DNA of 64,000 bases, taken from assembly GCF_009914755.1 (NCBI RefSeq), contig NC_060925.1, one strand, 5' to 3'. Position numbers and translations under genes: made by a program. Origin of the DNA: the human T2T-CHM13v2.0 reference genome, Homo sapiens. Position 1 is the stretch's first letter; every line of letters begins with the position of its first letter. The notes beneath the pieces are model-generated. The model was not told the DNA's origin. It did not search any database and saw only the letters and a list, made by a program, of their open reading frames with translations. This document shows positions 1-17,696 of the stretch, one piece after another.

Positions 1-34
1 CATGGTGATGTGCGCCTGTAATCCCAGATACTCA

Positions 35-163
<129 letters not shown>

Positions 164-555
164 TCAATGTGATAAAATGCTACAAAGCCAGCCTAGGCAA
201 CATGGGGAAACCCTATTTCTACAAGCATAAAAATTAGCTGAGCGTGGTGATGTGTGCCTATAGTCCCAGCTGCTCAGGAGGCTGAGGTGGGAGGAGCACC
301 TTAGGAGATCGAGGCTGCCATGAGCTGTGATCGCACCACTGCACTCCAGCCTGGGGGACAGAGGGAGACCCTATTTCAAAAAAAAAACAAAAAACAAAAA
401 ACAAACAAAAAAACTACGAAGAGGGCCCAACTGCCATGACATTATATTGTGAATTTAGAAGAAAACACTCCATGAAATAGAAAATACAATGTGGCCAGGC
501 GCGGTGGCTTACGCCTGTAATCTCAGTACTTTAGGGGGCTGAGGTAGGAGGATCA

Positions 556-834
<279 letters not shown>

Positions 835-1743
835 CTACTGTGGCTGTTGCTTTAAGTGCTCTGAAGACACCTCTCTCCCCTTACCTATACGTGTATTACT
901 AGAAATTAGTCTAAATAACCCAAATGTGGAGATTATGCCTCTAAAAATGCTCTCCACAGCGTTCCTTATTATGCTTGAAAGCTGAAAGGAATCCAAATAT
1001 GCAACATGAAGGAAATAATGGAATAAATAATGCTATATTCACTTGTAAGAATTTAAAGACATTAAAAATTATGGCTGGCTGGGCACAGTGGCTCACTCCT
1101 GTAATCCTAGCACTTTGGGAGACCAAGCTGGGAGTCACTTGAGCCTAGGCATTTGAGACCAGCCTGGGCAACACAGTGAGACCCCGTTTCTACCAAAATA
1201 ATTTTTTTAAATTAGTTGGGTGTGGTGGTTCACGCCAGTGGTCCCAGCTACTCAGGAGACTGAGGTGGAAGGACCCTTGAGCCTGGAAAGTCGGGGCTGC
1301 AATGAGCCATGATTGTGCCACTGAGCCCCAGAGAGAGCTTGGGTGACAGAGTGAGACCCTGTCTCATTAAAAAAAAAAAAAAAGATGATTAGGAAAGATG
1401 CTATGTTTGTTGATTTTTTAAAAGTAGGTTACAAAACTGCATGTATAAAATGTCTTTTTTGTTCAGAAGAAAAAACCAAACTATCTTTACCTATGTTTAT
1501 AAACAAAAACAAATGTAAGGTTATATACCAATAAGAAATCAGGGGTTCTCTTTGGGTGATGCAATTGTGAGTTTAAAAATAATTATCCTGTCCTTGCTTA
1601 CTGGTATTTTCTGATTTACTATTAATAATATACCCATATTTATTTTTTGGCCTGAACATGGGCTGCTTTTGTGAGTACAGGATGGAAGTTAAAGCCCAGG
1701 TTACAGATGTTAGGCATCTGCAGGGGAGACTGTCAGTGAATAC

Positions 1744-1911
1744 CTTGGTGCCATCATAGGGCTCAGCTGTGCCAGACGGTGTGCCCATCAGGGTGATGAC
1801 ATCGCAGTCGATGGTTTTGTCTGGCGAAGGGGCAAAGGTGTCTGAGATCACCCCTAGGAAGTCAGATAACCCTTTCTTCATCTTCTCTGTTGCTCCTGAG
1901 GAGCCTTCCGT
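1744..1911 (-). CDS. BSDC1: BSDC1 coding exon 4 (TEGSSGATEK...PYDGTK); gene continues beyond the left edge of the window
   Basis: tatacag|ACGGAA...ACCAAG|gtattc, 168 nt, phase 0/0. The peptide is in ORF 1573..2115. Confidence 0.95.
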
Positions 1912-3207
1912 CTGTATAGAGAACGGGCAGAGGAAGCAAGCGCCCCGGGAACAGGCTGCAATCTGGGGTATGGGGGTAAAACATTGGGGCAAAGGTGTAC
2001 CGTGTGTTGGGGGACCAGGGAAGCGCTCACGACCCTTCACCCGTCTCTGGGGCTGCAGGAGAGGGAGGAGGCAAGGGTCCTCCATCCCCCAAGTGGGGCT
2101 GCAGAACAGGGCCATGGTAGGCCTGTGTAGATCAGAGATCTTTGATTGGCTGTTTCATCAAAATTTCAAGGTCAGTCAGGCCGGTCAAAACTTGGCCAGA
2201 GAAGGTCCATGCCATAGACACATCAACAGGGAAGAGAGCCTATGGGTAGAGTGGTGGAAAGGGTACTAGCTTCGGAGTTAGACAAAGCTGGTTTGAATCC
2301 TTGCTCTACCACTTGTTGGTCATGAGACCGAAACCCTTTCTGAACCTCAGTTTCCTTATTATAAAATGGGGTTAAGTATACATCCTTCATAGGGTTACCA
2401 TGAAGATTAAAAGATAGGGTATGGACAATGCCTGGCACACAGCATACGCTTAATAAACTGCAGCATTGTAATACTGCAATTTCATCATCATCATTGCTCA
2501 GGAAGTAGAATACTTTGTACAAAAGGTTGGAAACATATGGGCAGGATTAGAACAGATAGCCTTGCCTTGCCTGGGACCAACTGAGGGTCACTATACAGAC
2601 CACACTGGTCAGAATGCCTTCCAGCAGACAGGGATAGGGTGCTGAGAAAAGGGTCTAAAAACCTCATGGAAAATTTTATTTACTCTTGATTAAGCTGCTG
2701 AAGCATTTTAAACCTAGAACCTATCATAGTGCCTGGCACATATTGTTACAGGTAACAATATTTGTTGAATGAAAAAAAAAAGAATAAATGAATGAAATAA
2801 ACAAGTGATATCTCTGCTATTGACTAGACTTATAGCAGTTTAGCAGGGTTACAACTTGTCATTCATGCTCATCAGTAGCTGTGATTAGCAGGTGGACGGT
2901 ATTTTACAAGAGGATTCAGCAAAATAAGCTTGTCTAAAAAAATTCCAAAACTCATTTTTTGTAACATGAGTAATTAATTACAAGATAATTGATTCAGCTG
3001 GTGATCAAATTAAGAAGCTGCAATCTGTTCCAATGCTAAAGGAAAAATTGTAATATAAAAAACAGTATGCTTTACCTCACTGGAAACTTCAGAACTTTGC
3101 AGGGATATCTTTGACCACAATTTTTCCTTCTCACACTGACTTTAGAATCTAACTTCCATCTTATAAGAGGTTTCCACTGTACATTTCTGATTAATAAAAA
3201 CAGTATT

Positions 3208-3345
3208 GGGGGAGGGGGACAAGGATTGAAAAACTACCTATGGGGTACTAGTCGGTGATGGGTTCATTAAAAGCCCAAACCTCAGCATATACACAATATG
3301 CCCATGTAACAAACCTGTGCATGTATCCCCTGAATCTAAAATTAG
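3208..3345 (+). mobile_element. Old primate L1 3' UTR end fragment
   Basis: G-rich tract followed by ...CCCATGTAACAAACCTGTGCATGTATCCCCTGAATCTAAAA, typical of L1PA/PB 3' ends. Confidence 0.7.
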
Positions 3346-3426
3346 AAAACAACAAACAAGCCAGGCACGGTGGCTCATGCCTGTAATCCCAGCACTTTGG
3401 GAGGCCGAAGCAGGTGGATCCCTTTA

Positions 3427-3735
<309 letters not shown>

Positions 3736-4022
3736 TTAACCTAACCACTCTGTGATACTTTCCACAATTTTATTATAAAGCAAATATTATGGCACTGGGT
3801 AAAGGTTTAGTAGAATGTTTACTGTAGCTCAGTGTACAATACTGGAAAAAACTGAAGTAAGAAAGCAGCAACTGGTTAAATCCACATAATGGAATACCAT
3901 GCCACTTACTACACTCTAGAATAAGGTTTGCAGTTTAAGTAAAAAAATAAGGGCTGGGCGCGGTGGCTCACGCCTGTAGTCCCAGCACTTTGGGAGATTG
4001 AGGTGGGCAGATCACAAGGTCA

Positions 4023-4274
<252 letters not shown>

Positions 4275-4692
4275 TCAATTGACCCCAGTTTTGAAAAAGA
4301 AGTGTACATAAGTGATACACCCCCAAAATATTAACAGTAGCTATCTTTGGAAGATGGAATTATGGATGTCTCTAGGTCTTTCTCTCTCTCTCTTCCTTTT
4401 CTCATTCTTTCTCTTTTCTTTCACTTGTCTGTGTTTTCTAAATTGTCAACATGAATGACTTTGCTAATGGAAAACATTTGCTAAAACAATACAGAAGTGG
4501 GAAAACTAATTATTACTTAAAATATGCAGCTTGTTTGGTTGCCAGACACAATTCTTTCAAAATGGGAGGAAAAGTAATCCACATATTTTTCCCCATATGG
4601 AAAAATAATCACTTAATGGTAGAAAGGTTGGGAGCCCAGGACAGGACAGGTTGCGAGGGGCAGTTACTTGGGAGGGTTTGGGTGGTACTCAC

Positions 4693-4809
4693 AGCCAGCT
4701 TCTCCTTGACCACGCTGGCCGTGGCTGCGATGGTACAGGCCGTGTCATGCTGCACCACCTGGGTAAACTCCGTCAGGTCCCGCTTCATAAACTCCAAGGC
4801 TTCAGAGGA
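4693..4809 (-). CDS. BSDC1: BSDC1 coding exon 3 (SSEALEFMKRDLTEF...VVKEKLA)
   Basis: cccacag|TCCTCT...CTGGCT|gtgagt, 117 nt, phase 0/0. The peptide is in ORF 4609..4797. Confidence 0.95.
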
Positions 4810-5234
4810 CTGTGGGAAGACAGAGAGGGATGCCAGGGCCAGCTGGCCCCACCACCCCTTGTTCCTGTTCCCTGTGTTTCTTCAGTACCAGACAGACAAA
4901 TGGAAATCTCCAGCGGCAGGGGAGCTTCGGCTCAGAAACAATGCTCATTTGTCCCAATTCCATGATCTGGGATTACCTGACAGCAGAGAGTGCAGGGGAA
5001 TTTCCTGCTACTCTGAGCATGAGGACTGAGTCTCAGCCTAGGCACTCGCAAGCTATGTGGCCATGAGTAAGTCTCATCTAGTTCTCAGTTTTCTCCTGTA
5101 AAATGAGGTGATCTAGATCAGAGATTCTCAAGAGCAAACAGGAAAAGAGGGGGCATAGTCTGAAAACAATACTGACTTTGATGAATTGCTTTGATATGCT
5201 TTAAATCACGATATTCATACCAAGTTTCAAATAA

Positions 5235-5549
<315 letters not shown>

Positions 5550-6709
5550 TAAGGCATGTGATTTTTTTTATCAAAGGAAAGTGTTTCTATTTTTACTTTT
5601 TTTGTTACAGAGAAATTGAGTTGAAATATGAGGCAGTATGTGAAGTTATTTGCCTTCGGGTTTAAGAATTAGTAATTACTAATTGTATTAGTAACAGCAA
5701 TAGCTTGGAAAGCTATTTTATGAGTAATTCTTAACAATTTAATATCAGTAAAAAGGCATGTGATTTTTTACATTCAACAAAGGAGGAAGCGGTCAAGAGA
5801 AAGACTAGATCAGATTCTCTTGGAGGCCTTCTTGGTTCTACCATCCCGAGGTTCTATTCATATACAAAGCTCCTTTGGGCAGAATGCATATTTGCTCCTG
5901 CTAAACCAATCTGTTTCTCAGCCTGCACCCAGACCTCACTTGAGAAAGCAGACCCTCAGCTCACTTCTAGGTCTTGCCCTGTCTTGCTTCAGACTCACCA
6001 ACTCTAGGATGCTTCCTGGAGTATCTCAGTGGCCACTCCCCCTGCAAGCCCTTTCATCTTACACGGGGATAATCACCTGCATTTTTTAAAGCATGTTTTT
6101 GAGCGCTCCTGTGGTTTGTTCTTCTGGGAAGGGCCTGCCCACTTTTCATTAGCTTGGGAAGTTTCTGAATGGCACAGTCTATCAGCTACAGGCTTCTCTA
6201 GGGGTGGTAATCATGCCTCCATATCAACTCAGGACTCCTTAATTGGGGGTGGAGGAGGTCATTTACTTATTTACTTTTATTAAAATTTTAAAAAATATTT
6301 CACAGCACCATGAAATTGTGCCCTGGGTCATTTACCGATTCACTCTTTCTATCCACACTGCCACCATCTTAGTCCAGGCCAACTTATTCTTTCACCTGGA
6401 TTCCTCCCAGGTTGTCTCAGCCACCTTTACTTCATTCTCCTTATGACACCCAGTGGGTGCTTTGTCTGTCAGGGCAGACCGTGCTGCTTTACACTCTTTA
6501 AGTTTACACACTATCCTAAGAGCAAATTGAAAATCCACCTTTACTTACAAAGCCTATATAACTTGGCCTCTGGCAGACTGGTATCCCCTACCACTGTGCC
6601 GTTCACTGAGCTCCAGCTGGCCTTCCTCAAGTTTCTAAAATGCCCTAGCATCTGTCCTGCCTCAGAGTATCTGAACACATTGTTTCCTCTCCCTGATACA
6701 GAGTTCTAA

Positions 6710-7073
<364 letters not shown>

Positions 7074-7547
7074 TAGCCAGGATGGTCTCGATCTCCTGAC
7101 CTCATGATTCGCCCACCTTGGCCTCCCAATTTATCTCTTTTCTAACACTGAACATAGTTTAGACTTCAGATGACCTGTTCAATGTCTGTCTTCCTGGATA
7201 AACTGTGAGTTGTGTGAACACAGGTCCTATGTGTTTTGTTCCCTGATGGTTCCCCAGTATCTGACACAGAGCATACAGTAGGTACTCAAAAAATGTTTGC
7301 TTGTTAAATTTACATGGACCATTGAAATTTCAATTATGTAACCACTTGTGTGACTAAACAGTTGTCTTCCCGCTAGACTGTGAGCTCTGAGCAGACAAAC
7401 ATGAACATACGTTGCCCTCAAGCAGGTCACAGTCTACTGGGGAAAATGGTCCCATGATAGTGCTGATGTGCAAGGGCAGAGCAGTAGCTGCTGTACTATG
7501 GGGAGGTTGGGAAGATGTGGTGACCAGAAGCCTGGAATGGGCCCTTA

Positions 7548-7950
<403 letters not shown>

Positions 7951-9892
7951 CTACAAGCATTACAGTCCTGATGGACATAAAATGTGAAGCAAGAGTGGTG
8001 AGGGATAAAGCTGGAGAGGTTGCCAAGGGCAACCAGGGAGAGCCTGGTCAGCCCTATGGATGATGGGGAGCCACCAAAGGTTTGAAGTGGGTGGGACATG
8101 AGATTTGCCTTTTCACTAAATTACTCCAGTGACTGGAATGGAGGAAAGGTCCAGAGGCGAGAAGATTAGAAGAGGAAGAAGGAAGACCAGTCAGGAGGCT
8201 GCTGCAATAATCCAGGAAAGAAAATAGAAAAATGTGAGTAAGGACAATGCTAGTAAAGATGGAGAGGATGAGACTGGTTCAAGATACAGGAGATGGAAGA
8301 AGGTGGATTTGGTGACTGAACAGGTATGTTGACTGAGGGCTAGAAAAGAATCATGGAAGCACCACAGGCTGCTAAAATAGGTGACTGCGTAGATGCAGTA
8401 CTGCCAGCTAAGTGAGAAAATCCTGGAGGAGGAGCAGTCCTAGAGACAAGGTGGTAACAATGACTTTGGGCACGCAGAACTTGAGATGACTGTGGGCTGT
8501 CTAGGATAGCTGTCCAGCAATAGCTATCCTCAAACACTAAAGCTGGCCGGGCATGGTGGCTCATGCCTGTAGTCCCAGCACTTTGGGAGACCAAGGTGGG
8601 CAGACTGCTTGAGCCTAGGGGTTTGAGACCAGCCTGGGCAACATGGCGAGATCTCATCTCTACAAAAAATACAAAAATTAGTTGGGCGTGATGGTACACG
8701 CCTATAGTCCCAGCTACTTGGGGGCCTGAGGTGGGAGGATTGCTTGAATCCAGGAAGTGGAGGTTGCAGAGAACCATGTTTGCATCACTGCACTTCAGCT
8801 TGGGTGACAAAGTGAGAGCCCATCTCAAAACAAAGCAAAACACAACACTAAAGTTCAGGCAAAAGGTCTAAGAGTCGCCCTAACAGGAAAGTGGAGAAGG
8901 TGACCCAGGAAGAGTTTGGAAAGTGGACAGAGCAATGGGCTGAGGACAAGTGTCCTCAGACACTACCTGTAGGGGGCAAGCAGAGGAAGAGGAACTCATG
9001 AGACAGTTACAAAAGCAACGTCTGGAGAAGTATGTGGAGACTTAAGAATCATGTCACAAATGCCAAGAGAGTAGCGTTTCAAGAGAGGGAGTGATCACTA
9101 GCGTCAAATGCAGCAGAATGGTCCAGGAAGATAAGGGCTGAAAACCACCCACTGGATTTGGCAAGCAGTAGGTAAAGCTGACTGAGTAAAGATAAGTTTA
9201 TAGGTGGTGGCTTTGAGGGTGGGGAGAGAGTTAAAGATCCTGTTTGTTCACCTGAAGTTTCAAAAAGTAGATGAGGTTGTCTCCTGGAAGTGAAAGGGAT
9301 AAAGCGGCTGAATAGGGGACCCCAGGGAAGAGTTAGGTTTTGGGAAAGTTTCTGAAGTTAAGGGGAGGAGAAGCAAATTGGAGACTGAAGAGTATGTGGG
9401 CCCAGATGAGGTTGGGGAATCTGTGATGGAACCAAAAAGCATTTGGTGCCTTTCTCTTTTTAATTTCTTCTTTCTGGTAAGTATGTAGAGCAATGATATG
9501 CCTTTCTCTATCAACGTGTATGCACACGTATTTGTGTCAGTCATATTGCCCTTGACAACACACAGGAAGACAGGACAGGAGGAGGTAAGGAGCAGAGGAA
9601 AGCAGATGATAGCACCATCTCATAGCTGTGGTCTTCAGGGCAATGTGTTCTAAGGAGTGCTGAGAAGTGAGTGGTCCAGATGGAGCCAGAATGGGACATA
9701 CAGATAGGAAAGCACCAAAAGACCAAGAAAAAAAATGGAAGGAAAAACGAACTGGGGGTGGTATCTAAGAGGTTTTCCCATCAGCCTCAGCACTTAATAA
9801 CAGCTAATGCTTATATAGCACTTACTGTATGCTAGGTACTGTTCTTAGTGTTTTACATATATTAACATTTAACCATCACCACAATCTCATCA

Positions 9893-10138
<246 letters not shown>

Positions 10139-10869
10139 TCAGGAGGCCGAGGCAGGAGAATCACTTGAACTCAGGAGGCGGAAGTTGCAGAGCTGAGACT
10201 GAGCCACTGCACTCCAGCCTGGTAACAGAGCCAGACTTGGTCTCAAAAACAAACAAACAAAAAACAAAAAACACTTGCCCAAGTACATATAAGAGTAAGA
10301 AAGTAAAAAAAGGGAAATTACGTCTTTTCTTTCCAAAAAGGCATAAACAACTCCCACCTCCACCCCCACCCCAGCTTTTAACTGGGAATTCCAAGAATGA
10401 AGACGGAAGGTTGGCCAACTATCTATTTTTCATAAGTTATGATAAGACCAACCTTGAGACAAACACAGGAGGCCCTCATGCAACATCTGCTGAATGAATG
10501 TCAGACTTTCCTGCCAGGAAATTACCCAACAGGAAATATGCTACTATCGGGTCTCTTCTATCAAATGTTAGGGTGCAAGCCTCTCAGTCCTCATCAACAA
10601 CATAAACAGCTCAGGGCATTCTCAGATTTGCTGGGCTATTGCTGAGAGGCTGTCCAGGAGTACCCAGGATAAGGGAGGAATAAAAACGCTCCCAGATGTC
10701 TGGGTGTGGTGGCTCACGCCTATAATCCCAGCACTTTGGGAAGCTGAGGCAGGTGGCTCACCTGAGGTGAGGAGTTCGAGACCAGTCTGGCCAACATGGT
10801 GAAACCCTGTCTCTACTAAAAATACAAAAATTAGCCAGGAGTAGTGGCACATGCCTGTAATCCCAGCTA

Positions 10870-10977
<108 letters not shown>

Positions 10978-11995
10978 TCAAAACAAAACAAAAATACTCC
11001 CAGAGTAGAGGACTTATTTAGGTGAGGTCAGAAGCTTCCTGGAGTTGGCCCTGAAGCAGGACTCATCCCAATTGCTTGAGGTAAATAGTAATCAACTTTT
11101 CCCACAATTCAGTTGGGCTGATTTTGACAAATAAGCATGAAATGAAACAGGAATACACATTGGCAAATTACCCACTGGCACAGCCAAATATCACTCATCC
11201 CACAGAGATTGTTCAGCAAGAAGGCCTTCCACTCTCTGGTGATTAATCTCTCTCTCTCTACTGCCCGTTGCATAGCCCCTACTTAGAACTCATCAGGCAC
11301 CAGTGTGTATGGCTCATGCTCATCTCTGGCTTGGGTTCTTGCTTTTCATCCTGTCTAGGCAGGGTTGCCCTTGATGAGGTTCCTTCTCCACAGGGGCCTT
11401 CCCTGGTGAGTTACTGACTAACCAGAACAGACAAGGTGCCCCTGTACTTTCCTTTCACAGAACTTACCACAACGGTAACTAAACAACTATTTGTTTGGCT
11501 ACTCGGTTAATGGCTGTCTCTCCACTAGACTGTGAGCTTTGTAAGGCCCAGGATTACATCTGTTTGGCTGAAGTCTGTATCCTCAAGACCTATCAGAGTG
11601 CTGGTTGTCGCATATACTCTAATATTTGAATGACTATACGAGTAAGTTTTTTTACTGCTAGAATCTTTTCCTTCAAGACCTGTATCAAATGCTCTCTCTT
11701 TCACGAAGAAACTGAATTTCCTGAGCTGGAATAAATTGCTCCTTCCTATGGATTCCTACAAAACGTTCGTTAACTCCAGCCTTTAAAACCATCTTTATTT
11801 CACTGTGGCTAGTATCACACTGGTTTGCGTCGAGGTCTGTCTTCCCGTGGACCGGTAGAGGCTAAAAGAAAGGCCCAGGTCAGCCTCATCCTTGAGACTT
11901 AGCGCCCGCAAAAGTTGGGCGGGGCTGGTTGGACCAGGTTGCATTGAGGCGGCGCAGGGCCCTGCTGAGGGAAGAAGGGCACGGGCCCGGCTTAC

Positions 11996-12056
11996 CTTCT
12001 CTTTGACTGCTTGGTAGCTCTGCTGCAGCCAGCTCCGCCACCATCCCACGTCCTCC
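11996..12056 (-). CDS. BSDC1: BSDC1 coding exon 2 ([20 protein letters not shown])
   Basis: ttccacag|GGAGGAC...GAGAAG|gtaag, 61 nt. Exons 1+2 total 72 nt = 24 codons. The peptide is seen in ORF 11795..12085. Confidence 0.95.
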
Positions 12057-12319
12057 CTGTGGAAGACAGACACATCTGGCAGCACCGCGGTGCGATTCCT
12101 GCCCGCCCAAGGATCCGGTTTGTTCCCCGCTCAGATGTACCCTGCGGGCCGAGGCTTCGCAGACCGCTTGCCCACCCCCTCACAATGCGACTCCACTCTG
12201 CCCTTTCAGATCAGTCCACGCCCCCGCTGATCTCACGTTCCCCACCGGGACTCTCGCCCAGCACCCCAACCCTGGGAGAATTCAGGCCCCAACGCCTAGG
12301 AGCAAAACGACAAGCTCAC

Positions 12320-12330
12320 CCTTCCGCCAT
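12320..12330 (-). CDS. BSDC1: BSDC1 coding exon 1 (ATG GCG GAA GG, MAEG)
   Basis: Reverse complement reads AAG-ATGGCGGAAGG|gtgag. The canonical donor is in phase 2 and joins exon 2 in frame to give MAEGEDVGWW. Confidence 0.93.
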
Positions 12331-13347
12331 CTTGCCTGCATGACATCACCACTATTTACTGACCTTTGACTTCCGACACGGCACCGCCCCCTCAAGGACC
12401 GCCCCCGAGGCGCTCGGCCCAATCCTCGCGCCGGCACCGCCCTCAGCCCAATCCCCTCCCTGCGCCATCATTAGGCCCCGCCTCCCTGAACTCTATCCAG
12501 TCTCTGTCCCGAGTTCGCCCTCAAACTCCGCCCCTGAACTCTCAGTTCAATCGTCATTCAGTCCTGTCCTCAGGCTCCACCAAGCTTGACTCTTTGTCAC
12601 TGTCCGCAAACGTCGGGTACGGTGGCCTCTATGGACGATGATCAGCCGACAAGCTGGACTGCGGAGAGCTGGGAGCAGAGGGGAGGAGGAGAGATAGCTC
12701 GAACGTCAGGATCCCAGAGCGCAGGGTTAGGACCGCCCCCCTTTGTGAAACCAGCTGCGTAGAGGCTGCTTTGTGTCTCTTTGGGCTAATTCAATAAGCC
12801 CATATTGCGGGGCTGTGGCCCAGAGTTTGGAGGAATGTGAATAATTCAGAGGCGACTTAGATGCAGCCTTTGGAGGGCTTACGGGTTAATGGGAGACACA
12901 CACATTCAGTAATCTCAACTTTCGGTGGCCCAGCTCAGAACAACGCCAGGTGGAGGTGGTCTGGAGAAATCCGGAGACCGCCTGGATTGAGTTCTACTGC
13001 GATTGGAAGGGAGATTCCACAGCCCACATACTTTGGACTTTAATTAAGGTCAGCCCCTCCACGTGTGCGGTAGATCCCATCGCCTCTTGTTTGCTTAAGG
13101 ACATAGATCTAGTAATCCCCCCTTCATCTCTTTTCCCTCTGATGACTGCATTTATCCTTGTCATCATCCGTACTGCTGTTTCTCCCATCTCAAAGGCAAA
13201 CAAAAACCAGCCCTCTCTATATCCCTCACCGTTTCCCTACTCCCCTTTACAGCAAAAGCGTTGCCTACTCACAGTCTGCAACTCCCCTCTCCTCCCATTC
13301 TCTCTTGAACTCACTGCAGTTAGGTTTTTGCCTCTCAGACAATCCTT

Positions 13348-14296
<949 letters not shown>

Positions 14297-14457
14297 TAGT
14301 AGAGATGGGGTTTCACCATGTTGGCCGGGCTGGTCTTGAACTCCTGGCCTCAGGTGATCCACCCACCTCGGCCTCTGAAAGTGCTGGGAGTACAGGCGTG
14401 AGCCACTGCTCCTGGCCCATTTTATTTTATTTTTAAGACAGGATCTTACTCTGTCGC

Positions 14458-14815
14458 CATATTAGTCCATTTTCACACTGCTAATAAAGACATACCTGAG
14501 ACTGGGCAATTTACAAAAGAAAGAGTTTTACTGGACTCACAGTTCCACATGGCCAGGGAGACCTCACAATGATGGAGGAAGGTGAAAGGCACATCTCACA
14601 TGGTGGCAGACAAGAGAAGAGAGCTTGTGCAGGGAAACTCCCGATTTTAAAACCATCAGATCTCATGAGAACCATTCACTATTATGAGAAAAGCACGGGA
14701 AAAACCCGCCCCCACCATGATTCAGTCATCTCTCACCAGGTCCCTTCTACAACACGTGGGAATTATGGAGCTACAAGATGAGATTTGGGTGGGAACACAG
14801 AGCCAAACCATATCA
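14458..14815 (-). mobile_element. THE1-type MaLR solo LTR inserted in an AluJ-like element
   Basis: (T)ATTAGTCCATTTTCACACTGCT...GAGCCAAACCATATCA termini. 5-bp TSD GTCGC/GTTGC. The Alu sequence resumes on both sides. Confidence 0.8.
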
Positions 14816-14866
14816 GTTGCCCAGGCTGGAGTGCAGTGGCACGATCATGGCTCACTGCAGCCTTGA

Positions 14867-15187
<321 letters not shown>

Positions 15188-15698
15188 TGAACATCAGGTT
15201 CATTTTGTCTATTTGCATGTGTAATAGGTGTATTATTTTTAACATGTCCCAAAACAAACTCTTGATTTATCCACCTCATCTTCCTGCAAACTTTCCCACA
15301 TTTGTAAATGGAACCTCATTATTCCAGTTGCTCGAGCCAAAAACCTAGGAGTCATCCTTGCTTTCTCACTTTCTTTCATACTCCCAAACTAATCCCATCA
15401 GCAAATCCAGTTGGCTCTGCCTTTCAAACAAAACCAGAATCTAGTGACTTCTCACCACCTCCACTGTTATTATGTAGATACAAGCTACCATAATCAATCT
15501 CATGGTTAATTACAAGAGCCTCTTAACAAATATTTCTGCATCCACTCTTGCCTTCCTTAAGTCTAGTCTTCATTTGCCTGAAAGTAATCTTTTAAAAGAC
15601 ATACGTCACTGGGAATGCAACTGGTATGGAATACAATATGCCATTTCCTCAAAAAAATTAAACAGAATTACCATATGATCCAGCACTTCCACTTCTGA

Positions 15699-16231
<533 letters not shown>

Positions 16232-16320
16232 TGAGGTTGAGGCTGCAGTGAGCTGTGACCATGCCACTACATTACTGCCTGTGCAATGGAGAGACCTTGT
16301 CTTTAAAACAAAGAAAAACA

Positions 16321-16351
<31 letters not shown>

Positions 16352-17399
16352 GTATATGTATATACATGCCAGATTACAGCCTTCCTCTGCCCAAAGTTCT
16401 GCAATGTCCTCTTATTTCACTCAGAGAAAAAGCCAATAAGTCCTCACAGTCTCCTTTAAGGCCCCGTATAGTTGATCTGACCTCACATTACTGGCCCCCT
16501 TAGTCACTCTGCTCCAGACACATTGGCTACTTTGATATTCCCTGAAAATTCCCGGGACTCTCCTGACTTGGGGCCTTTCAACTTGCTGTTCCTTTTGTTT
16601 AGACTGCACTTACCTCCAGATATTTATGTGCTTCTAACTTTCACCTCATTCAGATCTTTACTTGAATATAATCTTCTTACTCACCCTGACCACATTATTT
16701 AAAATCACAAGTTGCATAACAAGCACCCCCATTTCTCTTCTCTGACATATTGTATATTATACTTTGTTTAAAAAATTGTTTGCCTCCTTCAGACTAGAAA
16801 TGCAACCTCAATGAAGGCAGGATTTTTGTCTGTCTTGTTCACTTGTCTACGGCTAGCACCTACAACAGTGTTTGGTACATAATAGACACTCAATATTTGT
16901 TCAGTGAATGAAAGAATAAATGCAAGGAGAGTGAGGACAAAGACAGGACTAATTTAGAGCAATCTGGAATAGCTAAAAAGAAAAAGGAAAAGAGAGGATG
17001 GACGTGAGGCTGTAAAGGTCATTAACATCTCGATTCTTGAGAGCCTTGAATGCAGGACTTAAAATTCATGGACAGAGGAGAGTCACCAAAGGTTTGGAAT
17101 AAGGAAATGATTTGTGTTGTGAAGATGATGTGATCAAATGATTGAATGCTACTGTTAACAGATCTAACGGTGCCATTGGGGTGAGCACTTTATACAGTGT
17201 ACCTTCCCAAAAGCTCAATGAGGTGGGAACTATTTTTAATCTACATTTTATAAATGAAGAAGGTGACCAGGCACGGTGACTCATGTAATCCCAGCATTTT
17301 GGGAGGCTGAGATGGAAGGATTGCTTGAGCCCAGAAGTTTGAGACCAGTATGGGCAACATAATGGCACCCTATCTCTATTATTATTATTATTATTTTGA

Positions 17400-17501
<102 letters not shown>

Positions 17502-17504
17502 TGA

Positions 17505-17696
<192 letters not shown>

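Larger units (their letters stand above)
11880..12760 (-). promoter_or_regulatory. BSDC1: CpG-island promoter of BSDC1
   Basis: GC- and CpG-dense stretch around exons 1-2. YY1-type AAGATGGCGG over the start codon (12324-12333), ETS-type ACTTCCG near 12369, CCAAT motifs near 12420 and 12449, and GC boxes. Confidence 0.8.

Noticed and set aside
4451-5029. 192-aa + strand ORF, and the 166-aa ORF at 1769..2269
   Set aside because: These are antisense shadows of BSDC1 exons 3 and 4, with no recognisable domain or splice structure.
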